Shown here: positions 45,521 to 55,839 of the stretch, piece after piece | Layout: each line of letters starts with the position of its first letter | Numbering within the stretch: position 1 is the first letter of the stretch | Assembly (NCBI GenBank): GCA_030625965.1 | Contig: DAOUPV010000004.1 | Span: 18,948-82,947, forward strand | DNA: 64,000 bases | Reading direction: 5' to 3' | Source of the DNA: Clostridia bacterium | Lineage (GTDB): Bacteria; Bacillota; TC1; UBA5767 | Notes under the pieces: generated by a model | What the model was told of the DNA's origin: nothing | Database searches by the model: none | Seen by the model: only the letters and a program-made list of their open reading frames with translations | Made by a program: the position numbers and the translations under genes

Positions 45521-46942
45521 ATGAAAGTATTAATGATAGCCTCCGAGGCTTATCCTTTCGTCAAGTCCGGAGGATTGGGAGATGTTTTGGGCTCCCTGCC
45601 CAAAGCTCTGCGAGATCTGGGCGTGGATGTCCGGGTAGTGATACCCAAATACCAGGATATTGACGAATCCTACCAGGAGCAGATGACACATCTTGCGGAT
45701 TTCCAGGTTGATCTGGCTTGGAGAAACCAGTTTTGCGGTATAGAAACACTTGAATACCAGGGTATTCCAATCTATTTCGTAGACAATGAGTACTACTTCA
45801 AGAGACAAGGACTCTATGGTTTCTTTGACGAGGCTGAACGTTTTGCGTTCTTTTCCAAAGCGGTGCTTGAGATGCTGCCCCATATCGATTTCATGCCGGA
45901 CATATTGCATGCCCATGACTGGCAGGCTTCTTTGGTGAGTGTATACCACAAGACGCGATACGCACATTTGGATGGCTACAAGGATATGAAGAGTGTTCTG
46001 ACCATTCATAATCTGAAATACCAAGGGGTATTCGCCAAAGAGGTGCTGGGAGATATCCTAGCTTTGGACGAGAGCCTTTTCCACGAAGAATATATGGAAT
46101 TTAACGGCGCCATCAGCTTTCTGAAGGGTGGTATCGTGTTCTGCGATAGGGTGAGTACTGTAAGCAAGACTTATGCAGAAGAGATCAAAACTGCCTATTT
46201 TGGCGAGCAGTTAGAAGGCGTTTTAAGCAAGAAGGGGGATATCTATGGCATCGTGAACGGTATCGACTACCGGACGTTCAATCCGCTGAAGGATCCTGCT
46301 CTTTCCAAAAGATATAAATCCAGCTATAAGAGCAAGCTGTTGAACAAGGAACCTCTGCAGAAGGAACTGGGTCTCACTGTGGATAAGGACATTCCGATGA
46401 TCATTTTCATTTCCCGTCTGGTGGAACAGAAGGGACTGGACCTCATTTTGCATGTCGTGCCGGAAATCTTGGCAGAGGGTGTGCAGTTGGTTGTTCTGGG
46501 AACCGGTGAAGAGCATTATCACCAGGCGCTGTCGGAATATGCAGAAAGATATCCAGAGCAGTTGTCTGTCAATCTCTACTATAGTGAAGAAATGGCCCAT
46601 AAGCTCTACGGTGCTTCAGATATGACACTGTTACCATCCAAGTACGAGCCATGCGGACTGACCCAGCTGATTGCGTTACGTTACGGTTCATTGCCCATTG
46701 TAAGGGAAACTGGTGGTTTGGCGGATACGGTTGATTCATATTGGCCAGAGACGGGTATGGGTAACGGATTCAGCTTCAGCAATTACAACGCGCATGACAT
46801 GCTTCATACTATACATCGGGCAATGACATTCTACAGAAATCCTGAGGTATGGGAGAAGATCGTCAAGAATGCCATGGAAGCTGACAATAGCTGGAAAAAT
46901 TCAGCGGCAGAATATCTGGATCTGTATGAGGAACTGGGTTAG
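45521..46942 (+). CDS. glgA: glycogen synthase (ADP-glucose type)
   Basis: MKVLMIASEAYPFVKSGGLGDV contains the KxGGL motif. PSKYEPCGL is present. Confidence 0.95.
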   Translation: MKVLMIASEAYPFVKSGGLGDVLGSLPKALRDLGVDVRVVIPKYQDIDESYQEQMTHLADFQVDLAWRNQFCGIETLEYQGIPIYFVDNEYYFKRQGLYGFFDEAERFAFFSKAVLEMLPHIDFMPDILHAHDWQASLVSVYHKTRYAHLDGYKDMKSVLTIHNLKYQGVFAKEVLGDILALDESLFHEEYMEFNGAISFLKGGIVFCDRVSTVSKTYAEEIKTAYFGEQLEGVLSKKGDIYGIVNGIDYRTFNPLKDPALSKRYKSSYKSKLLNKEPLQKELGLTVDKDIPMIIFISRLVEQKGLDLILHVVPEILAEGVQLVVLGTGEEHYHQALSEYAERYPEQLSVNLYYSEEMAHKLYGASDMTLLPSKYEPCGLTQLIALRYGSLPIVRETGGLADTVDSYWPETGMGNGFSFSNYNAHDMLHTIHRAMTFYRNPEVWEKIVKNAMEADNSWKNSAAEYLDLYEELG

Positions 46943-46972
46943 GATAGGTTGCATACGGAAGGAAGCGATAAT

Positions 46973-49399
46973 ATGTTTGGGAGCAAAGAATCGATTCGTA
47001 AGGAATTGGCCCATAGAATCCGCACGACTTATGCCAAGCCGTTCCGGGAAGCCACCAACAATGAGATTTACCAATGCTTGTCCAGAATGATCATGCAGGA
47101 GATCGGTGAGCGCTACGCCGATGGTCTGGATTTGAGAAAGGGTCTGCACAAGAGACGAGTATACTATTTTTCCATGGAATACCTGTTGGGCAAGATGATG
47201 ACTCTTCACCTGCAAAACCTGGGTCTGAAGACTCTGGTGATCGATGCACTGGACGATATGGGCCTCGATTACGAGGTTATCCGGGAGTCTGAAATGGAGG
47301 CTGGTCTTGGCAACGGTGGCCTGGGGCGTTTGGCGGCCTGCTATATCGACTCCATGGCCTCGCTGGGTATCAGCGCCTGCGGCTGCGGTATCGGTTACCG
47401 CCACGGTCTGTTTCGGCAGAAAATCGTCGAGGGTGAGCAGATTGAACTGCCGGACCAATGGCTCAAGGAATCCTTCCCTTGGGATATCAGGCATCTGGAC
47501 GATGCAGTCGATGTGAATTTCTATGGTCAGGTGGGTGTAGACTATCGTGAAGGGAAGCTGCATTTCAGACATTACGACTACCAGACCGTACGGGCCATTC
47601 CCTATTATATGCCCATCGTGGGCACCGTAAGTGGACAGATCAACATGCTGAAGCTATGGTCAGCAGATTTGCCGGAAGAGGATATGGACTATTCCCAATT
47701 TGGGAACATGCATCTGCGGACCCAGATCAGGGAAAAACAGTGGCAGGTTGAACAGATTACCGAGTTCCTATACCCGGATGACAGCCAGATCGAGGGACGT
47801 ATCCTCAGGCTGAAGCAGCAGTATTTCCTATCCAGCGCCGGGGTGCAGAGCATCATCAGGGATTTTAAAAAGGAAGAACTGCCATTTAGTGAGTTGCCTA
47901 AGCATGCAGCCATCCACATCAATGATACACATCCGGTTTTGGTCATACCTGAGCTGATGCGGGTCCTGATGGATCAGGAGAATCTGGATTGGGACGACGC
48001 CTGGGCCATAACCCTGAAGACTGTTTCCTATACCAATCATACTATCATGCCGGAAGCGTTGGAGACCTGGCCACTGGATATGATGCGAAACCTGCTTCCC
48101 AGGATTACCATGATCATCGAGGAAATGAACATCCGCACCAACCAGGCTTGCCAGGAAAAAGGGTATTGCGATCCCAATGTACTACAGCGTCTGGGTGTGG
48201 TCCAGAACGGAATGGTACATATGGCCAATCTGGCGGTTGCCTATAGCTACAGCGTTAACGGTGTTGCAGCCTTGCATACCGACCTACTCAAAACCAAGGT
48301 CATGGCAGATTTCTACCAGGTTTATCCCGACAAGTTCAAGAATGTAACCAACGGCATCAATCACCGGCGCTGGGTATCCTGCGCCAATCCGACCCTCTGC
48401 CGGCTGATTACGGACAGCATCGGTGAAGAGTGGAAGAATGAAGCCAGCCATCTGGTTGACCTGCTTCCATACACGGAGGACAGCGCCTTCAAGGAGTCAT
48501 TCAGAAAGGTCAAACAGGACAACAAGCAGAAACTGACTGACTATATACTGGATACCATGGACATCAAGGTGGATCCCGAATCCATCTTCGATGTGCAGAT
48601 AAAACGGTTGCATGGTTACAAACGGCAATTAATGAACATATTGCATATCGTGAACCTCTATTTGGAGCTGAAGGACAATCCGAATTTGGATGTGCATCCC
48701 CGCACTTTCCTGTTCGGAGCCAAGGCTGCACCAAGTTACTACTTTGCCAAGGATGTAATCAAGCTGATCAATACAGTGGCAGAGACAATCAACAACGATA
48801 CAGAAATCAACGACCTGCTGAAGGTTGTCTTCCTGGAGGACTACCGAGTGAGTCTGGCGGAGCGCATCATCCCTGCGGTTGATGTAAGCGAACAGATCTC
48901 CACTGCCAGCAAGGAAGCTTCCGGAACTGGGAATATGAAGATGATGATGAACGGGGCGTTGACCATCGGTACCTTGGATGGTGCCAATGTGGAGATCAAG
49001 GACGCAGTCGGAGAAGAGAATATCTTCTTGTTCGGACTTACTGCCGATGAAGTCATGGCCTACTATCAGAACGGTAGCTACAGCGCCATGGAGGCCATGA
49101 TTTGTAATCCCGTCCTTCAGCGGGTACTAGCCGCATTGGACCAAGGTGCATTCCATAAGGCTCAAAGTGCCATCCACAATATCAAGAACTCACTTCTGTT
49201 GGAGAACGATCAGTATTTCGTACTTAAGGATTTTGCTTCCTACCAGGAGGCTCAGAAGAGAGTGAAGGCTTGCTATCGGGATCAAGACCTATGGACTAGG
49301 AAAGCCATCATCAACGTGGCTAAGTCCGGTTATTTCACCGGTGACAGGGCCATCAGGGAATATGCTAAGAACATTTGGAATATCAAACTGAGAGGTTGA
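46973..49399 (+). CDS. glgP: glycogen/maltodextrin phosphorylase
   Basis: LGNGGLGRLAAC and EASGTGNMKMMMNGALT (PLP-lysine motif) are present. ATG 46973 sits behind GGAAGGAAG. Confidence 0.95.
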   Translation: MFGSKESIRKELAHRIRTTYAKPFREATNNEIYQCLSRMIMQEIGERYADGLDLRKGLHKRRVYYFSMEYLLGKMMTLHLQNLGLKTLVIDALDDMGLDYEVIRESEMEAGLGNGGLGRLAACYIDSMASLGISACGCGIGYRHGLFRQKIVEGEQIELPDQWLKESFPWDIRHLDDAVDVNFYGQVGVDYREGKLHFRHYDYQTVRAIPYYMPIVGTVSGQINMLKLWSADLPEEDMDYSQFGNMHLRTQIREKQWQVEQITEFLYPDDSQIEGRILRLKQQYFLSSAGVQSIIRDFKKEELPFSELPKHAAIHINDTHPVLVIPELMRVLMDQENLDWDDAWAITLKTVSYTNHTIMPEALETWPLDMMRNLLPRITMIIEEMNIRTNQACQEKGYCDPNVLQRLGVVQNGMVHMANLAVAYSYSVNGVAALHTDLLKTKVMADFYQVYPDKFKNVTNGINHRRWVSCANPTLCRLITDSIGEEWKNEASHLVDLLPYTEDSAFKESFRKVKQDNKQKLTDYILDTMDIKVDPESIFDVQIKRLHGYKRQLMNILHIVNLYLELKDNPNLDVHPRTFLFGAKAAPSYYFAKDVIKLINTVAETINNDTEINDLLKVVFLEDYRVSLAERIIPAVDVSEQISTASKEASGTGNMKMMMNGALTIGTLDGANVEIKDAVGEENIFLFGLTADEVMAYYQNGSYSAMEAMICNPVLQRVLAALDQGAFHKAQSAIHNIKNSLLLENDQYFVLKDFASYQEAQKRVKACYRDQDLWTRKAIINVAKSGYFTGDRAIREYAKNIWNIKLRG

Positions 49400-49411
49400 T
49401 GAGGAGACGCT

Positions 49412-52400
49412 ATGACTTGGCTTTTACACAACTCATTCAAGCAAGAATATCGAGAACCGTTTGGCGCCTTAATAGTACGGCAGGACGTCACGATTCGATT
49501 GGTCTGGCTCATGGACGAGCCGCAACCGAAGGGGGAAATCGGCATGGTTCAGTTGATACTTGCCGACGACGAGGGCTGGGAGAAACCCCATCTCATGCAG
49601 CTTTTGGGGGAATATCCGTCGGACGGTGTACTTGGTCGCAGGAAAGTGTATGAGACGACACTGCATATGCCTAAGGACCCCCAGCTTTTATGGTATGTCT
49701 TCCGGGTCGCCAAGGATGGGATGACGTATTCCTATGGGCGCAGGGAAGCTTCCCTGAGCGGACCCGGTGAAGTATGCAATGAAACGGACAATCTTCGCCC
49801 TTACCAGATTACCGTATACAAGCCAAAGAGGAGGATACCGGACTGGTACAAGAAAGGGATCGTCTACCAGATTTTTGTGGACCGTTTCCGCCGGACCGAA
49901 TCGAAGGGGTCAGAAGCTTGGTGTGAACAGGTGACCCGGCCCAACCGTGTGCTGCACCTCGACTGGCATGACGATCCATTCTATGTCAGGGACGAAAAAT
50001 CGGGAGCGGTCAGGTATTGGGATTTCTTCGGCGGCAATCTGGATGGCATCATAGAGAAACTGCCCTATTTGAAAACGCTAGGTGTGCGTTGCCTTTATCT
50101 GAATCCTATCTTCGAATCCCTTAGCAACCACAAGTACGATACCGGAGATTACCTGAAGATTGATCCCATGTTCGGAACCCAGGAAACCTTCGAACGGTTG
50201 GTTCATGAAGCCGGGCGGCAGGACATACGTATCATCCTAGACGGCGTGTTCAGCCACACTGGGGAGGACAGCCGCTACTTCAACCGCTATGGGAATTATG
50301 ACTCGTTTGGAGCCTGCCAGTCACAGGATTCACCTTATTATGACTGGTACAGATTCCGCAATTATCCGCATGACTACGAATGTTGGTGGGATGTCACGGC
50401 GCTGCCCAATGTCAACGAAATGCATCCTGGCTATCTTGATTTCATCATCCGGGACAAGGGGAGCGTGCTGGACCATTGGATGGAGGCTGGTGTAGCCGGC
50501 TGGCGCCTGGACGTGGCGGATGAACTGCCGGACCGGTTTATCCGGTTATTCAAGAAAAGCATGCTTAAGAAGAACCAAGACAGTGTTCTGATCGGTGAGG
50601 TCTGGGAGGATGCCACCAACAAGGTGAGCTATGGAGAGAGAAGGGAGTATCTGCTGGGTGCGGAGCTTGACGCTACCATGCATTATCCGTTCCGGGATAC
50701 CGTGTTGGATTTCCTGAAGGGGGAGATCAGCGCAAGCAGGGCAGCCTCCCAGTTGAATACGATAAAGGAACACTATCCTCCGGATGTGTTTCAGGCCCTG
50801 CTCAACATCCTAGGTACCCATGATACCAGAAGGTTGCTGACGGAACTGGAAGGGGATACAGAACGACTGACATCAGCCTTCCTCTGGCAGATGTGTTCAC
50901 CCGGCGTCCCGCACATCTACTATGGGGACGAAGCGGGACTGACTGGCGAGAAAGATCCTATGAATCGGAAACCATACCCATGGGGCAGGGAGAACGGTCA
51001 CATCCTTCATCAGTACCGCCAGCTTGCAGCAGTAAGGTCGCTCTATCCTGTCCTGCAGAAGGGGGAGTTCTCCTGCCATGCCATAGACGAGAAAATCATC
51101 TGTCTGAAACGTGAGCAAAGGGAGCAGGATTCTATAGAAAACCGGGCCCTGGTCTTCATCAACGGACACGATGAGGAGTGGACTATCCATGCTGATATTC
51201 GGGATTGGCCGATGGGACCTCTGCAGGAAGTCTTTCCCGACCATCGGACACATCTTCCTCAGAACGGCATGCTTACAGTGACGCTGAAACCCGGATCCGG
51301 GATACTGCTGTTGCAGAATCCGTGGGTTCGGGAGGAGATGGAACGACGTCAAGCCGGCATCCTTATGCCCATCAGTGCCCTGCCGTCCGCATTCGGCGTG
51401 GGGAATCTGGGTGGAAGTGCAGAAAGATTCCTAGACTTTCTAGAGGAGGCCGGCCATCAGGTCTGGCAGATCCTGCCTTACTCCCAGGGGGATACGTTCC
51501 ATTCGCCCTACTGCTCCATTTCCTCTTTTGCCGGCAACCTACTCTACATCGATCCTGAGGATCTGGTCCAGAGAGGATTGCTGGATCAGGAGGCGTTGAC
51601 GATTGCTTCTGAGTCAGAATTCCCTGAAGAGGAGGTTGATTACGACAAGGCTTGGATTCTGAAGAAGGAACTGCTGCGCCTGGCGTTCCTGCGCTACCGG
51701 AAGGATTCCTCGCGCTTTGCGGAGATGGAGAGGGATATCAAAGCTTTTCGGGAAAAAGAGGGGTATTGGTTGGAAGACCATGCCCTGTTCAAAGCATTGA
51801 AACGAGCGGGACACGAGAGCGTGTGGAACCAATGGGAGCCAGAATTGGTACGCAGGGATGAAGCGACTCTTAACTACTACAGCAACCAGCTGATGGAACA
51901 GATTGATGAGGAAGTGTTCTATCAGTATCTCTTCTTCTCCCAGTGGGATATCATGAAGGAAAAAGCAGTAAAAAGGGGTATTCGAATCATCGGAGATATG
52001 CCACTCTATGTTGCCTTTGATTCGGCCGATGTTTGGTGTCACCAGGAGCTTTACAAGCTGGACGATGAAGGTTCACCAGCTGTGGTTGCCGGCGTACCTC
52101 CGGATTACTTTTCTGAAACAGGACAGCTCTGGGGCAATCCCATCTATGATTGGGCGGAACATGAGCGAACGGATTACGACTGGTGGGTACAGCGGATTGC
52201 TACCCTGCAACGCCGCGTGGATACTATCAGGATCGACCATTTTCGCGGGTTGGCCGACTATTATGAGGTTCCCGCCTGTGAAGAGACGGCCGAACACGGA
52301 ACTTGGCAGAAGGGGCCTGGAATACGTTTCTTCGAAGAGCTTGAGCGGCAGGTGGACGGACTGGATCTGCTATCAGAGAATCTGGGATACCTTTCCTACG

Positions 52401-52825
52401 AAGCCAATCAGCTCAAGGAACAGAGCGGATACCCGGGCATGCTGGTGCTGCAACACTGTAACGATGCGATGGACGAGAACCGGCCGTTCCCGCCCCTCTA
52501 TCTTAGAGGAGAGGTGCTCTACACTGGTACTCATGACGATGAGACCCTGATGGCCTGGCTGCAGAATCGAGGGATGCCCCATAACCTTACGCTGAAGGAA
52601 TTCGCGGTTCACACTTTAACAAGACTCTACTACAGTGATGCTGAACTACTTGTCATCCCCCTGCAGGACCTGCTGCTGCTTGGGAACGAGGCCCGTTTCA
52701 ATCGACCTGGCGTGGCCGGAGGCAACTGGCTATGGCGGGCCACCAACGAACAGCTGAGCGAGAAACTGTCGAGCCGAATACGGGTCTGGGCTGCGGAGTC
52801 CGGACGGTTGCCGAGACCGAGATAA
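49412..52825 (+). CDS. bifunctional fusion: GH13 neopullulanase/cyclomaltodextrinase-like domain plus GH77 4-alpha-glucanotransferase (MalQ) domain
   Basis: The N-terminal half has GH13 regions ILDGVFSHTG, GWRLDVADELP, IGEVWED and ILGTHDTRR. From about nt 51320 the sequence RQAGILMPISALPSAFGVGNLGGSAERFLDFLEEAGHQVWQILP and later IRIDHFRG and YTGTHDDETL are GH77 MalQ blocks. Confidence 0.9.
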   Translation: MTWLLHNSFKQEYREPFGALIVRQDVTIRLVWLMDEPQPKGEIGMVQLILADDEGWEKPHLMQLLGEYPSDGVLGRRKVYETTLHMPKDPQLLWYVFRVAKDGMTYSYGRREASLSGPGEVCNETDNLRPYQITVYKPKRRIPDWYKKGIVYQIFVDRFRRTESKGSEAWCEQVTRPNRVLHLDWHDDPFYVRDEKSGAVRYWDFFGGNLDGIIEKLPYLKTLGVRCLYLNPIFESLSNHKYDTGDYLKIDPMFGTQETFERLVHEAGRQDIRIILDGVFSHTGEDSRYFNRYGNYDSFGACQSQDSPYYDWYRFRNYPHDYECWWDVTALPNVNEMHPGYLDFIIRDKGSVLDHWMEAGVAGWRLDVADELPDRFIRLFKKSMLKKNQDSVLIGEVWEDATNKVSYGERREYLLGAELDATMHYPFRDTVLDFLKGEISASRAASQLNTIKEHYPPDVFQALLNILGTHDTRRLLTELEGDTERLTSAFLWQMCSPGVPHIYYGDEAGLTGEKDPMNRKPYPWGRENGHILHQYRQLAAVRSLYPVLQKGEFSCHAIDEKIICLKREQREQDSIENRALVFINGHDEEWTIHADIRDWPMGPLQEVFPDHRTHLPQNGMLTVTLKPGSGILLLQNPWVREEMERRQAGILMPISALPSAFGVGNLGGSAERFLDFLEEAGHQVWQILPYSQGDTFHSPYCSISSFAGNLLYIDPEDLVQRGLLDQEALTIASESEFPEEEVDYDKAWILKKELLRLAFLRYRKDSSRFAEMERDIKAFREKEGYWLEDHALFKALKRAGHESVWNQWEPELVRRDEATLNYYSNQLMEQIDEEVFYQYLFFSQWDIMKEKAVKRGIRIIGDMPLYVAFDSADVWCHQELYKLDDEGSPAVVAGVPPDYFSETGQLWGNPIYDWAEHERTDYDWWVQRIATLQRRVDTIRIDHFRGLADYYEVPACEETAEHGTWQKGPGIRFFEELERQVDGLDLLSENLGYLSYEANQLKEQSGYPGMLVLQHCNDAMDENRPFPPLYLRGEVLYTGTHDDETLMAWLQNRGMPHNLTLKEFAVHTLTRLYYSDAELLVIPLQDLLLLGNEARFNRPGVAGGNWLWRATNEQLSEKLSSRIRVWAAESGRLPRPR

Positions 52826-52857
52826 GGGAGAAGGCAAGACTTGGCGGATCTGGTAAG

Positions 52858-52910
52858 AATACTGTTTGGAATCATCCGATTTTATCGGAAATTCCAAACA
52901 GTATTTTTTA
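52858..52910 (+). terminator. strong compound Rho-independent terminator of the glycogen operon
   Basis: A 15-bp perfect stem aatactgtttggaat/attccaaacagtatt encloses a second 6-bp stem tccgat/atcgga. A T6 run follows. Confidence 0.9.
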
Positions 52911-53024
52911 TTTGACTACCCCCTAATGGGGAGCTGTTCAAGAATACTGTTGGTTTGCTGTATACTTTTGTTTGGGTTAAACGTTCTATCAATGAGATCT
53001 CAAAACTGGGAAAGGCAGGTAGCG

Positions 53025-54053
53025 ATGGACAATCTTGAAGCACAACTGGTTATAGAAAAAGCAGACATCGTAATTCGTTACTTTCTTAGCATCGGAGTGG
53101 AAGGGCAGACGGCAGAGGATCTGACCGGAGAGGCTATATACAATGCGATACTATATTTTGAGGGAATCGAGCCTGACAAACTGAAAGCCTGGCTGTTCAG
53201 GGTGGCCTTAAATGGCTATTACGACAGCTTGAAGAAGAACAGAAGACAGGTACTGTATGGAACCGTCGACCTGGACAAGATTAGCCGGTATCTGGGAGAG
53301 ACCAATCGCTTTGAGGGCTTATTCCACGGGCATTGCGAAGTATCCACCTACAAACTGATCGGGGGAAAGGTCGTGGCAACGGAACCATTCATGTACAGTT
53401 AGGGCCTGTTCCAGGACTATCGCGGCGACTGGACCGGTTCTTCCAATCCGGAAATCCTATCCAGAAGCCATACGGAAGAAGACGCCGTTGCTGTCCACTA
53501 CAATGTTTTGGGCCAGCGTGAAATGGTATTCTACTACCCCTTCATCGAATATGAATCTTACCGCAACGATCTTAAACTGTTGCTAGATGCGGAAGGTGGC
53601 CAGTTGGCGGAAATTGCCATATCGCTGGATGACTATTACTGCATTACACAGATTGATGCTTTGTTTCCCCAGGAACTGATTGCCTGGTATTGACTTGATG
53701 ATATGGATGAAACGGCAAAGCAGGGTGCGAAAAGTCACATCAGCGTTCAGAAGACCGATGATGGAGAAATCAATCATGAGATGCCCAACTGGATTCGTTC
53801 TGAACAAATAGCATACGGCGTCAAAGCCTATTCCGAGAACGGTATCCGATACGATGAACTGCTGAAGCAGTTCAATCGAGCTGTGAATAAGGGTAGCGCA
53901 CGAGACACCCGCTTCCAGAGTGAGTTTGAACGAATCTACCTGGACGTTTGGCAGGGACAGGAACTGACGGAGGACATGCCCATTTTCGGAGGATTGGTAC
54001 TCAGCGGGACCGCGGAGGAACTACTTGAACTGCTGGATCACCCACATGTGTAA
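53025..54053 (+). pseudogene. decayed ECF-type sigma factor (region 2 only) joined in frame to an anti-sigma-factor C-terminal-domain remnant, interrupted by TAG and TGA
   Basis: One reading frame carries sigma-70 region 2 (AWLFRVALNGYYDSLKKNRRQ) with no region 4. An in-frame TAG follows at 53400-53402. Sigma-regulator C-domain-like sequence follows (EIAISLDDYY...IAWY-TGA-LDD...IFGGLVLSGTAEELLELL), with an in-frame TGA at 53691-53693 where a Trp would fit. Confidence 0.5.
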
Positions 54054-54266
54054 GCCAGTACACTGGGGTTAACGGCTAATCCATTCTAGGAATTCTCAGG
54101 ATGTTTGAATCACCTGCCAAAAGCCATCTCAAGGTTCAGGGGAGATGGTAGAATAATATGTAAAATATGAAAAAAATAATATCCCCCGATACCTTTGATA
54201 CGTAAGGATATCCTCAGGTATTTGGATTTCAGTAATTTATTTGACGTTATAACTTCCATTTATTTA

Positions 54267-54275
54267 TGTTATACT
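54267..54275 (+). promoter_or_regulatory. extended -10 promoter element (TGtTATACT)
   Basis: tgttatact lies about 30 nt upstream of ATG 54307. Confidence 0.4.
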
Positions 54276-54306
54276 GAACAGGAAAAATTTGCATTGGATG
54301 TGAGAT

Positions 54307-55755
54307 ATGCTAAATACAGAATTTGCCGCAGTACTATTATTTTCAGCGGCCATACTATTAAATTTAACATACTACGGATATCGACGAAAGCACCTACCGG
54401 GAGCGAAGCCCTTCTGCCTGCTTATGTTGGCTATGAGCATACAGACCATCGGCTATGCCTTCGAAATCTTGAGCGTCAATCTGGATACGATGGTGTTATG
54501 GCTGCGTATAGAGTATATTGGGGCTTCATTCTATCCTGTGCTAATCATGTATTTCATTCGGGAATATCTTGATGAACGCCGGATCGCCAATAGATATATG
54601 ATTATGTTCCTTCTAGCGCAGAACATATTGACATTGGTCTTGGTTTGGACCAACCCTTTGCACCATCTCTACCATGCGTCATACAGTATGGGACAGACTT
54701 GGGGATTCGAGGTTTTGGCTTTAAGTCGTGGCATCTGGTACTATGTGCACGTATTCGTTTTCTACATGGTGATTATTTTCGGAGCTTATCGGTTGCATCA
54801 GACATATACCAGCGCGACGGGTGTCTACCGCAAGAAGACCATGTTCATCTTCTGCTCCGTTCTGATTCCGATAGTTGTATTCTTAGCCTATCTGTTCGGT
54901 TTAGGTCCAGATCATATTGATACGACCATATTTTCCTATGTTGTGATGGGAGCACTCATTGCCTATGGTTTATATGAGCATGATTTCCTGAACCTTCTAC
55001 CACTGACGCAACAGGATGTGCTGGATGCCATCGACGAGTCGGTTATTGTGCTGGATGCGAATGATAACCTACTGGACTATAATGCGGCGGCAGGGCGGAA
55101 TTTCAACAAGCTGGAGAAAAGCAAATTGGGTAACCTGTTCAGAGAGATAGCTCCATTCGGCCGATTCAATCTGGAACAGTCCGAATCCCAGTTCCATCAT
55201 GAAGGTCTTGTCTTTGGTGCAAAGGTGCGAAACGGGATGAAGAATCGATTCCGCATCGTCGTTTTGCAGGATATTACCAAAAGAGAGACGGCTTATAGAG
55301 AGCTTAAAAAATTTGCCGATAGGGATGCGTTGACATCCTTGTACAACCGACGTTATTTCCTCAATCTGTTTGAGAAGTCATTGAATGATGGGGTTGTGGC
55401 TATATTGGACATAGACTATTTTAAACGGATCAATGATAGTTATGGGCACCTGGCTGGAGATAAGACGCTGGTGGCCTTCTCAAAGAGTCTGAAGAGTTGT
55501 TTTAAGGACTATCCGGTATGCCGCTATGGTGGCGAGGAATTTGCCATATTTGCGGAAGGCCTGACTGTGGCTGAGTTCCAAAGAATGCTGGAAGACTGCC
55601 AGATGAAGCAAGCCGGGGATGCAGACCTAAATGCCATAACATTTTCAGCAGGAATTTCGACCTATAAAGCTGGATATATCGAAGTGGCCATCATCAATGC
55701 CGATGAAAAGCTCTACGAGGCCAAGAAAGCTGGAAGGAACCTGGTGGTTGCCTGA
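54307..55755 (+). CDS. membrane diguanylate cyclase: 7TM sensor domain, PAS-like linker, GGDEF
   Basis: The N-terminal seven-helix region resembles the histidine-kinase-type 7TM sensor module. RYGGEEFAIFA is the GGEEF site. DIDYFKRINDSYGH is present. Confidence 0.85.
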   Translation: MLNTEFAAVLLFSAAILLNLTYYGYRRKHLPGAKPFCLLMLAMSIQTIGYAFEILSVNLDTMVLWLRIEYIGASFYPVLIMYFIREYLDERRIANRYMIMFLLAQNILTLVLVWTNPLHHLYHASYSMGQTWGFEVLALSRGIWYYVHVFVFYMVIIFGAYRLHQTYTSATGVYRKKTMFIFCSVLIPIVVFLAYLFGLGPDHIDTTIFSYVVMGALIAYGLYEHDFLNLLPLTQQDVLDAIDESVIVLDANDNLLDYNAAAGRNFNKLEKSKLGNLFREIAPFGRFNLEQSESQFHHEGLVFGAKVRNGMKNRFRIVVLQDITKRETAYRELKKFADRDALTSLYNRRYFLNLFEKSLNDGVVAILDIDYFKRINDSYGHLAGDKTLVAFSKSLKSCFKDYPVCRYGGEEFAIFAEGLTVAEFQRMLEDCQMKQAGDADLNAITFSAGISTYKAGYIEVAIINADEKLYEAKKAGRNLVVA

Positions 55756-55784
55756 TACGGCTGACCTATCAATAACGGTGTTTA

Positions 55785-55793
55785 TGTTATAAT
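55785..55793 (+). promoter_or_regulatory. orphan extended -10 element (TGtTATAAT)
   Basis: tgttataat lies 30 nt after the GGDEF stop and about 45 nt before the next terminator hairpin. Confidence 0.3.
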
Positions 55794-55839
55794 TTGGTGC
55801 TGTCTTGCTGTATTCATGCACAATTGCCTAAAGTGATAA

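Noticed and set aside
52866-53024. N-terminal extension of the sigma-remnant ORF; the same issue applies to the 102-197 extension of the LOG gene
   Set aside because: Both extensions run through intrinsic terminator hairpins of the preceding genes and lack an RBS. The internal starts are better supported.
53400-53402. In-frame TAG considered as pyrrolysine or programmed read-through, prompted by the pterin-binding methyltransferase elsewhere in the window
   Set aside because: The gene is a regulatory-protein remnant, not a methylamine methyltransferase. A second in-frame stop (TGA) occurs where Trp is expected, and sigma region 4 is deleted. Pseudogenisation explains all three observations.
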